Source: Eledone cirrhosa | Taxonomy: Eukaryota | Direction of reading: 5' to 3' | Length of the DNA stretch: 64,000 bases | NCBI GenBank assembly: GCA_964016885.1 | Contig: OZ024764.1 | Coordinates: forward strand, 19,902,001 to 19,966,000 | In this document: positions 1 through 11,615 of the stretch, piece after piece | How positions within the stretch are numbered: the first letter of the stretch is position 1 | Layout: the number at the start of each line of letters is the position of its first letter | Notes under the pieces: model-generated | The model's input: the letters and a program-made list of their open reading frames with translations, nothing else | The model's database searches: none | Told to the model about the DNA's origin: nothing | Made by a program: the position numbers and the translations under genes

Positions 1-3000
1 TTTTTCGAAATATTAACTTCTTTTTTTAAAATATTAACTGATTTTTTTAGGTTTTTCGAAAAAAATTTAATCTGCAAAATTTGAAACCAGAAAGTAAATA
101 TTTCGAAAGATTTGTAAAAGCATTAAATTTTTACGTTTTTTTTAGATTTCGAAACATGCAAAAAATCAGAAAAACGTAAAAAGATTAATGCAGAAGTATA
201 TATGAACTCTTTTTCGAAAAACCTAAAAAAAATTAATTATATAAGGTTTTCGAAAAACCTAAAAAAAAATCAATATTTCTAAATATTAACTTCTGATTTC
301 GAAAATTGATTTTTTTAGGTTTTTCGAAAAAAGTTTAATCTGCAAAATTTGAAACCAGAAAGTAAATATTTCGAAAGATTTGTAAAAGCATTAAATTTTT
401 ACGTTTTTTTTAGATCTCGAAACATGCAAAAAATCAGAAAAACGTAAAAAGATTAATGCAGAAGTATATATGAACTCTTTTTCGAAAAAACTAAAAAAAA
501 TTAATTATATAAGGTTTTCGAAAAACCTAAAAAAAATCAATATTTCGAAATATTAACTTCTGATTTAGAAAACTGATTTTTTAGGTATTTCGAAAAAAAT
601 TTAATCTGCAAAATTTGAAACCAGAAAGTAAATATTTCTAAAGATTTGTAAAAGCATTAATTTTTTACGTTTTTTTTAGATTTCGAAACATGCAAAAAAT
701 CAGAAAAACGTAAAAAGATTAATGCGGAAGTATATATTTCGACTATGAACTCTTTTTAGAAAAAACTAAAAAAAATTGATTATATAAGGTTTTCGAAAAA
801 CCTAAAAAAATCAATATTTGAAATCAGATATAAAAGTATAAAAAAATCAGATATAAAAGTATAAAAAAATTGATTATATAAGGTTTTCGAAAAACCTAAA
901 AAAATCAATATTTGAAATAGGATATAAATATTTCAAAAAGTATAAAAAAATCGATTATATAAGGTTTTCGAAAAAAAATTAATATGCGTTTTCCAAATTG
1001 CATTTTCCGAAATATTAACTTCTGATTTCGAAAACTGAGTTTTTAGGTTTTTCGAAAAAAATTTAATCTGCAAGATTTGAAACCAGAAAGTAAATATTTC
1101 TAAAGATTTGTAAAAGCATTAATTTTTTACGTTTTTTTTAGATTTCGAAACATGCAAAAAATCAGAAAAACGTAAAAAGATTAATGCGGAAGTATATATT
1201 TCGACTATGAACTCTTTTTCGAAAGAACTAAAAAAAATTGATTATATAAGGTTTTCGAAAGACCTAAAAAAATCAATATTTGAAATCAGATATAAAAGTA
1301 TAAAAAAATCAGATATAAAAGTATAAAAAAATTGATTATATAAGGTTTTCGAAAAACCTAAAAAAATCAATATTTGAAATCGGATATAAATATTTCTAAA
1401 AGTATAAAAAAATCGATTATATAAGGTTTTCGAAAAAAAATTAATATGCGTTTTCCAAATTGCATTTTCCGAAATATTAACTTCTGATTTCGAAAACTGA
1501 TTTTTTTAGGTTTTTCGAAAAAAATTTAATCTGCAAAATTTGAAACCAGAAAGTAAATATTTCGAAAGATTTGTAAAAGCATTAAATTTTTACGTTTTTT
1601 TTAGATTTCGAAATATGCAAAAAATCAGAATAACGTAAAAAGATTAATGCAGAAGCATATATTTCGAAAAACCTAAAAAAAAATTGATTATATAATTAAG
1701 GTTCCGAAAAACCTAAAAAAATCAATATTTGAAATCAGATATAAATATTTTTAAAAGTATAAAAAAATTGATTATATAAGGTTTTCGAAAAAAAATTAAT
1801 ATGCGTTTTTCAAATTGCGTTTTTCGAAATATTAACTTCTGATTTCGAAAACTCATTTTTTTAGGTTTTTGGAAAGAAATTTAATCTGCAAAATTTGAAA
1901 CCAGAAAGTAAATATTTCTAAAGATTTGTAAAAGCATTAATTTTTTAAGTTTTTTTTAGATTTCGAAACATGCAAAAAATCAGAAAAACGTAAAAAGATT
2001 AATGCAGAAGTATATATTTCGACTATGACTCACAGTTATTCTTTTTTCGAAAAACCTAAAAAAAATTGATTATTTATATAATCAATTTTTTCGAAAAACC
2101 TAAAAAATCAATATTTGAAATAAGATATAAATATTTCTAAAAGTATAAAAAAAATTGATTATTTGTAAAAGCATTAATTTTTTACGTTTTTTTTAGATTT
2201 CGAAACATTCAAAAAATCAGAAAAACGTAAAAAGATTAATGCGGAAGTATATATTTCGACTATGAACTCTTTTTAGAAAAAACTAAAAAAGATTGATTAT
2301 ATAAGGTTTTCGAAAAACCTAAAGAAATCAATATTTGAAATCAGATATAAAAGTATAAAAAAATCAGATATAAAAGTATAAAAAAATCAGATATAAAAGT
2401 ATAAAAAAAATTAATATGCGTTTTTCAAATTGCGTTTTTCGAAATATTAACTTCTGATTTCGAAAACTGATTTTTTTAGGTTTTTCGAAAAAAGTTTAAT
2501 CTTCAAAATTTGAAACAGGAAGTAGATATTCCGAAAGATTTGTAAAAGCATTAATTTGTTACGTTTTTTTTAGATTTACATGCAAAATATCAGAAAAACG
2601 TAAAAAGATTAATGCAGAAGTATATATGAACTCTTTTTCGAAAAACCTAAAAAAAATTAATTATATAAGGTTTTCGAAAAACCTAAAAAAAATCAATATT
2701 TCGAAATATTAACTTCTGATTTCCAAAACTGATTTTTTAGGTTTTTCGAAAAACGTTTAATCTGCAAAATTTGAAACCAGGAAGTAGATATTTCGAAAGA
2801 TTTGTAAAAGCATTAATTTGTTACGTTTTTTTTAGATTTACATGCAAAAAAACCGAAAAACGTAAAAAGATTAATGCAGAAGTATATATGAACTCTTTTT
2901 CGAAAAACCTAAAAAAAATTACTTATATAAGGTTTTCGAAAAACCTAAAAAAAATCAATATTTCGAAATATTAACTTCTGATTTCGAAAACTGATTTTTT

Positions 3001-6000
3001 AGGTATTTCGAAAAAAATTTAATCTGCAAAATTTGAAACCAGAAAGTAAATATTTCTAAAGATTTGTAAAAGCATTAATTTTTTACGTTTTTTTTAGATT
3101 TCAAAACATGCAAAAAATCAGAAAAACGTAAAAAGATTAATGCAGAAGTATATATTTCGACTATGAACTCTTTTTCGAAAAAACTAAAAAAAATTAATTA
3201 TATAAGGTTTTCGAAAAACCTAAAAAAATCAATATTTGAAATCAGATATAAAAGTATAAAAAAATTGATCATATAAGGTTTTCGAAAAAAAATTAATATG
3301 CGTTTTTGAAATTGCGTTTTTCGATATATGAACTTCTGATTTCGAAAACTGATTTTTTAGGTTTTTCGAAAAAAATTTAATCTGCAAAATTTGAAACCAG
3401 AAAGTAAATATTTCTAAAGATTTGTAAAAGCATTAATTTTTTAAGTTTTTTTTAGATTTCGAAACATGCAAAAAATCAGAAAAACGTAAAAAGATTAATA
3501 CAGAAGTATATATTTCGACTATGACTCACAGTCATTCTTTTTTCGAGAAACCTAAAAAAAATTGATTATTTATATAATCAATTTTTTCGAAAAACCTAAA
3601 AAATCAATATTTGAAATAAGATATAAATATTTCTAAAAGTATAAAAAAATTGATTATTTGTAAAATCAATTTTTTACGTTTTTTTTAGATTTCGAAATAT
3701 GCAAATCAGAATAACGTAAAAAGATTAATGCAGTAGTATATATTTCGAAAAGCCTAAAAAAATTGATTATATAAGGTTCCGAAAAACCTAAAAAAATCAA
3801 TATTTGAAATCAGATATAAATATTTTTAAAAGTATTAAAAAATTGATTATATAAAGTTTTCGAAAAAAAATTAATATGTGTTTTTCAAATTGCGTTTTTC
3901 AAATTGCGTTTTTCGAAATATTAACTTCTGATTTCGAAAACTGATTTTTTTAGGTTTTTCGAAAAAAGTTTAATCTGCAAAATTTGAAACCAGAAAGTAA
4001 ATATTTCTAAAGATTTGTAAAAGCATTAATTTTTTACGGTTTTTTTAGATTTCGAAACATGCAAAAAATCAGAAAAACGTAAAAAGATTAATGCGGAAGT
4101 ATATATTTCGACTATGAACTCTTTTTCGAAAAAACTAAAAAAATTTGATTATATAAGGTTTTCGAAAGACCTAAAAAAATCAATATTTGAAATCAGATAT
4201 AAAAGTATAAAAAAATCAGATATAAAAGTATAAAAAAATTGATTATATAAGGTTTTCGAAAAACCTAAAAAAATCAATATTTGAAATCGGATATAAATAT
4301 TTCTAAAAGTATAAAAAAATCGATTATATAAGGTTTTCGAAAAAAAATTAATATGCGTTTTCCAAATTGCATTTTCCGAAATATTAACTTCTGATTTCGA
4401 AAACTGATTTTTTTAGGTTTTTCGAAAAAAATTTAATCTGCAAAATTTGAAACCAGAAAGTAAATATTTCTAAAGATTTGTAAAAGCATTAAATTTTTAC
4501 GTTTTTTTTAGATTTCGAAATATGCAAAAAATCAGAATAACGTAAAAAGATTAATGCAGAAGTATATATTTCGAAAAACCTAAAAAAAATTGATTATATA
4601 AGGTTCCGAAAAACCTAAAAAAATCAATATTTGAAATCAGATATAAATATTTTTAAAAGTATAAAAAAATTGATTATATAAAGTTTTCGAAAAAAAATTA
4701 ATGTTTTTTCAAATTGCGTTTTTCAAATTGCGTTTTTCGAAGTATTAACTTCTGATTTCGAAAACTGATTTTTTTAGGTTTTTCGAAAAAAGTTTAATCT
4801 GCAAAATTTGAAACCAGGAAGTAGATATTTCGAAAGATTTGTAAAACCATTAATTTGTTACGTTTTTTTTAGATTTACATGCAAAAAAACCGAAAAACGT
4901 AAAAAGATTAATGCAGAAGTATATATGAACTCTTTTTCGAAAAACCTAAAAAAAATTAATTATATAAGGTTTTCGAAAAACCTAAAAAAAATCAATATTT
5001 CGAAATATTAACTTCTGATTTCGAAAACTGATTTTTTAGGTTTTTCGAAAAAAATTTAATCTGCAAAATTTGAAACCAGAAAGTAAATATTTCTAAAGAT
5101 TTGTAAAAGCATTAATTTTTTACGTTTTTGTTAGATTTCGAAACATGCAAAAAATCAGAAAAACGTAAAAAGATTAATGCGGAAGTATATATTTCGACTA
5201 TGAACACTTTTTCGAAAAAACTAAAAAAAATTGATTATATAAGGTTTTCGAAAAACCTAAAAAAATCAATATTTGAAATCAGATATAAAAGTATAAAAAA
5301 ATTGATTATATAAGGTTTTCGAAAAACCTAAAAAAATCAATATTTGAAATCGGATATAAATATTTCTAAAAGTATAAAAAAATCGATTATATAAGGTTTT
5401 CGAAAAAAAATTAATATGCGTTTTCCAAATTGCATTTTCCGAAATATTAACTTCTGATTTCGAAAACTGATTTTTTTAGGTTTTTGGAAAGAAATTTAAT
5501 CTGCAAAATTTGAAACCAGAAAGTAAATATTTCTAAAGATTTGTAAAAGCATTAATTTTTTAAGTTTTTTTTAGATTTCGAAACATGCAAAAAATCAGAA
5601 AAACGTAAAAAGATTAATGCAGAAGTATATATTTCGACTATGACTCACAGTCATTCTTTTTTCGAAAAACCTAAAAAAAAATTGATTATTTATATAATCA
5701 ATTTTTTCGAAAAACCTAAAAAGTCAATATTTGAAATAAGATATAAATATTTCTAAAATTATAAAAAAATTGATTATTTGTAAAAGCATTAATTTTTTAC
5801 GTTTTTTTTAGATTTCGAAACATGCAAAAAATCAGAAAAACGTAAAAAGATTAATGCGGAAGTATATATTTCGACTATGAACTCTTTTTAGAAAAAACTA
5901 AAAAAAATTGATTATATAAGGTTTTCGAAAGACCTAAAAAAATCAATATTTGAAATCAGATATAAAAGTATAAAAAAATCAGATATAAAAGTATAAAAAA

Positions 6001-7483
6001 ATTGATTATATAAGGTTTTCGAAAAACCTAAAAAAATCAATATTTGAAATAGGATATAAATATTTCAAAAAGTATAAAAAAATCGATTATATAAGGTTTT
6101 CGAAAAAAAATTAATATGCATTTTCCAAATTGCATTTTCCGAAATATTAACTTCTGATTTCGAAAACTGAGTTTTTAGGTTTTTCGAAAAAAATTTAATC
6201 TGCAAGATTTGAAGCCAGAAAGTAAATATTTCTAAAGATTTGTAAAAGCATTAATTTTTTACGTTTTTTTTAGATTTCGAAACATGCAAAAAATCAGAAA
6301 AACGTAAAAAGATTAATGCGGAAGTATATATTTCGACTATGAACTCTTTTTCGAAAAAACTAAAAAAAATTGATTATATAAGGTTTTCGAAAGACCTAAA
6401 AAAATCAATATTTGAAATCAGATATAAAAGTATAAAAAAATCAGATATAAAAGTATAAAAAAATTGATTATATAAGGTTTTCGAAAAACCTAAAAAAAAT
6501 CAATATTTGAAATCGGATATAAATATTTCTAAAAGTATAAAAAAATCGATAAGGTTTTCGAAAAAAAATTAATATGCGTTTTCCAAATTGCATTTTCCGA
6601 AATATTAACTTCTGATTTCGAAAACTGATTTTTTTAGGTTTTTCGAAAAAAATTTAATCTGCAAAATTTGAAACCAGAAAGTAAATATTTCGAAAGATTT
6701 GTAAAAGCATTAAATTTTTACGTTTTTTTTAGATTTCGAAATATGCAAAAAATCAGAATAACGTAAAAAGATTAATGCAGAAGTATATATTTCGAAAAAC
6801 CTAAAAAAAATTGATTATATAATTAAGGTTCCGAAAAACCTAAAAAAATCAATATTTGAAATCAGATATAAATATTTTTAAAAGTATAAAAAAATTGATT
6901 ATATAAAGTTTTCGAAAAAAAATTAATATGTGTTTTTCAAATTGCGTTTTTCAAATTGCGTTTTTCGAAGTATTAACTTCTGATTTCGAAAACTGATTTT
7001 TTTAGGTTTTTCCAAAAAAGTTTAATCTGCAAAATTTGAAACCAGGAAGTAGATATTTCGAAAGATTTGTAAAAGCATTAATTTGTTACGTTTTTTTTAG
7101 ATTTCGAAACATGCAAAAAATCAGAAAAACGTAAAAAGATTAATGCGGAAGTATATATTTCGACTATGAACTCTTTTTAGAAAAAACTAAAAAAAATTGA
7201 TTATATAAGGTTTTCGAAAAACCTAAAAAAATCAATATTTGAAATCAGATATAAAAGTATAAAAAAATCAGATATAAAAGTATAAAAAAATCAGATATAA
7301 AAGTATAAAAAAAATTAATATGCGTTTTTCAAATTGCGTTTTTCGAAATATTAACTTCTGATTTCGAAAACTGATTTTTTTAGGTTTTTCGAAAAAAGTT
7401 TAATCTGCAAAATTTGAAGCCAGGAAGTAGATATTTCGAAAGATTTGTAAAAGCATTAATTTGTTACGTTTTTTTTAGATTTA
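1..7483 (+). repeat. Satellite A array, left block (AT-rich, variable ~260-470 bp monomers, head-to-tail)
   Basis: The anchor AATCTGCAAAATTTGAAACCAGAAAGTAAATATTTC recurs at about 69, 337, 603, 1065, 1528, 1883, 2498, 2759, 3021 and 3379. Monomers share a core and differ in the number of internal modules such as TTCGAAAAACCTAAAAAAATCAATATTTG and ATCAGATATAAAAGTATAAAAAA. The block is truncated by the window start. Confidence 0.97.
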
Positions 7484-7514
7484 AACCCCAACCCCAAGAC
7501 TTAGACTTAGACAT

Positions 7515-8835
7515 AAACCCCAAACCGAAGCTTTAGACTTAAACTTAAACCCTAACCCCAAGCCTTAGACTTAGACTTAAACCCCAACCACTAGCATTAG
7601 ACTTAGACTTAAACTCCAAGCTATAGACATAGATTTAAACCTCAACTTCAAGACTTAGACTTAGACTTAAACCCCAACCTCAAGCCTTAGACTTAAAACC
7701 TAACCCCAAGCCTTAGCCCAGCTTGTAAACTTAAACCCCAACCGAAAGTCTTAGATTTAGACTTAAACCCCAACCACAAGCATTAGACTTAGACTTACCC
7801 CAACCATAAGTCTTAGATTTAGACTTAAACCCCAAGCCATAGACATAGATTTAAACACCAACCTCAAACCTTAGACGTAGACTTAAACCCCAACCTCAAG
7901 CCTTAGACTTAGACTTGAACCTCAACCCCAAGCCTTAGACTTAGACTTAAAACCTAACCACTAGTATTAGACTTAGACTTAAACTCCAAGCCATAGACAT
8001 AGATTTAAACACCAACCTCAAGACTTAGCAATAGACTTAAACCCCAGCTCCAAGCCTTAGACTTGGTCTTAAACCACATTAGACTTAGACTTAGACTTAA
8101 ACCCAAAATCCAAGCCTTAGACTTAAACTTAAACCCCAACCCGAAGCTTTAGACATCGACATAAACCCCAACCAATAGCATTAGACTTAGACTTAAACCC
8201 CAACATTAAGCCTTAGACTTCGAGTTAAACCCCAAGCCATACACATAGATTCAAACCCCAACACCAAGCCTTAGACTTAGAGTTGAATCCCAACCCCAAG
8301 TCTTAGATTTGGACTTAAATCCCAACAACTAGACTTAGACTTAGACTTAAACCCAATCCTTAGACTTAGACTTAAACCCCCAACACCAAGCCTTAGACAT
8401 AAACCCTAACCCCAAGCCTTAGACTTAAACCCCAACCTTTTGACTTAGACTTAACCCCAACCTTAAGCCTTAGACTTAGACTTGAACCCCAAGCCTAAGA
8501 CTTAGACTTAAAACCCAACCACTAACATTAGACTTAGACTTAAACTCCACGCCATAGACATAGATTTAAACCCCAACCTCAAGACTTAGACTTAGAGTTA
8601 AACCCCAGCTCCAAGCCTTAAACTTAGACTTAAACCCCAACCCCAAGTCTTAGACTTAGACTTAACCCCAACCTTAAGCCTTAGACTTAGACTTGAACCC
8701 CAACCCCAAGCCTAAGACTTAGACTTTAAACCCAACCACTAGCATTAGACTTAGACTTAAACTCCACGCCATAGACATAGATTTAAACCCCAACCTCAAG
8801 ACTTAGACTTAGAGTTAAACCCCAGCTCCAAGCCT
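7515..8835 (+). repeat. ~1.32 kb segmental duplication inside the telomere-like block, copy 1
   Basis: Starts AAACCCCAAACCGAAGCTTTAGAC, carries private variants such as CCCAGCTTGTAAAC, TTAGCAATAGAC and GACATCGAC, and ends CCCAGCTCCAAGCCT. The same series recurs at 10289-11615. Confidence 0.9.
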
Positions 8836-10288
8836 TAAACTTAGACTTAAACCCCAACCCCAAGACTTAGACTTAGACATAAAGCCCAAACCCAAGCATT
8901 TGACTTAGACTTAAATCCAACACCAACCCTTAGACATACACTTAAACACCAACCAAAAGGCTTAGACTTAGACTTAAACCCCAACCCAAAGCCTTAGACT
9001 TAGACATAAACCCCAACCCAAAGCCTTAGACTTAGACTTACACCCCAACCCCTTACCTTAGACGTAAACTTAAACCCCAACTCCAAGACTTAGACTTAGA
9101 TTTAAATCCCAACCTCAAGCCTTAGACTTAGACACTAACCCCAAACCAAAGCCTTAGACTTAGAATTAAACCCCAACCCCAAGTCTTATACATAGACTTA
9201 AACCACAACCCCAAGCCTTAGAATTAAACCCTTATAACAAGCTTTAGACTTACAACTTAACCCCAAACCCCAACACGTAAACTTAAAAACCAACACAAAT
9301 CCTTAGACTTAGACTTAAACCCCAATCCCAAGCCTTAGACATAGACTTAAACCCCAACCCCATGTTTAGACTTCTACATAAAACCCAACCACAAGCCTTA
9401 GACGTAGACTTAAACCCCAACCTTAAGTCTTAGACTTAGACTTAATCCCCAACATTAAGCTTTAGACTTAGACTTAAACCCTAAGCCTTAGACATGGATT
9501 TAAACCCCAACCACAAGCCTTAGACTTAGACTTACACCCCAAATCCAAGCCTTAGATTTAAAGACTAATACCAACTCTTAGACTTAGACTTAAACCACAA
9601 ACCCAAGCCTTAGACGTAAAATTAAACCCCAACTCCAAGACTTAGACTTAAACCCCAACCTCAAGCCTTACACGTAGTCTTAAACCCCAAACCAAAGCCT
9701 TAGAGTTAGACTTAAACTCCAAGCCTTCGACATGACTTAAACCCCTACCCCAAGCTTTAGACTTAGACGTAAACCCCAACGCCAAGCCTTAGAATTAAAT
9801 CCTAACCACAACACTTAGTCTTAAACCCGAACCCCAACCTTATCCTTATAATTAGATTTATACCCCAAACCCAAGCCTTAGACTTAGACTTAAACCCTAA
9901 CGCCAAGCATTAGATTTATACTCACATCCTAACCCCAAGCCTTAGCCTTAGACTTAAACCCTTACCCCATGCCTTAGTCTTAGACATAAACCCCAACCAC
10001 ACGCCTTATACTTAGACTCAAACCCCAACACCAAGCCTTAGACTTAGATTTAAACCCGAACCCCAAGCCTTAGACTTAGATTTACACCACAACCCCAAAC
10101 CATAGAGTTAGACTTGAAGATCAAGCACAAGCGTTAGACTTAGATTTATACACCAAGCCCAAGCCTTAGACTTCGACTTAAACCCCAACCACAAGCATAA
10201 GACTTAGACTTAAACCTTACACTTAAAAACCAACACCAAGCCTTAGTCGTAGACTTAAACCTCTACCGAAAGCCTTCGAATTAAACTG

Positions 10289-11615
10289 AAACCCCAAACC
10301 GAAGCTTTAGACTTAAACTTAAACCCTAACCCCAAGCCTTAGACTTAGACTTAAACCCCAACCACTAGCATTAGACTTAGACTTAAACTCCAAGCCATAG
10401 ACATAGATTTAAACCTCAACTTCAAGACTTAGACTTAGACTTAAACCCCAACCTCAAGCCTTAGACTTAAAACCTAACCCCAAGCCTTAGCCCAGCTTGT
10501 AAACTTAAACCCCAACCGAAAGTCTTAGATTTAGACTTAAACCCCAACCACAAGCATTAGACTTAGACTTACCCCAACCATAAGTCTTAGATTTAGACTT
10601 AAACCCCAAGCCATAGACATAGATTTAAACACCAACCTCAAACCTTAGACGTAGACTTAAACCCCAACCTCAAGCCTTAGACTTAGACTTGAACCTCAAC
10701 CCCAAGCCTTAGACTTAGACTTAAAACCTAACCACTAGTATTAGACTTAGACTTAAACTCCAAGCCATAGACATAGATTTAAACACCAACCTCAAGACTT
10801 AGCAATAGACTTAAACCCCAGCTCCAAGCCTTAGACTTGGTCTTAAACCCCAACCACATTAGACTTAGACTTAGACTTAAACCCAAAATCCAAGCCTTAG
10901 ACTTAAACTTAAACCCCAACCCGAAGCTTTAGACATCGACATAAACCCCAACCAATAGCATTAGACTTAGACTTAAACCCCAACATTAAGCCTTAGACTT
11001 CGAGTTAAACCCCAAGCCATACACATAGATTCAAACCCCAACACCAAGCCTTAGACTTAGAGTTGAATCCCAACCCCAAGTCTTAGATTTGGACTTAAAT
11101 CCCAACAACTAGACTTAGACTTAGACTTAAACCCAATCCTTAGACTTAGACTTAAACCCCCAACACCAAGCCTTAGACATAAACCCTAACCCCAAGCCTT
11201 AGACTTAAACCCCAACCTTTTGACTTAGACTTAACCCCAACCTTAAGCCTTAGACTTAGACTTGAACCCCAAGCCTAAGACTTAGACTTAAAACCCAACC
11301 ACTAGCATTAGACTTAGACTTAAACTCCACGCCATAGACATAGATTTAAACCCCAACCTCAAGACTTAGACTTAGAGTTAAACCCCAGCTCCAAGCCTTA
11401 AACTTAGACTTAAACCCCAACCCCAAGTCTTAGACTTAGACTTAACCCCAACCTTAAGCCTTAGACTTAGACTTGAACCCCAACCCCAAGCCTAAGACTT
11501 AGACTTAAAACCCAACCACTAGCATTAGACTTAGACTTAAACTCCACGCCATAGACATAGATTTAAACCCCAACCTCAAGACTTAGACTTAGAGTTAAAC
11601 CCCAGCTCCAAGCCT
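10289..11615 (+). repeat. ~1.32 kb segmental duplication inside the telomere-like block, copy 2
   Basis: Near-identical to 7515-8835. The offset is 2774 at the start and 2780 at the end, consistent with one 6-bp indel. Confidence 0.9.

Noticed and set aside
3520-3536. TGACTCA AP-1-like site or small ATGACT-CAC-AGTCAT hairpin in one satellite A monomer type
   Set aside because: It is a single short motif propagated by array duplication, with no promoter or gene context to support a regulatory role.
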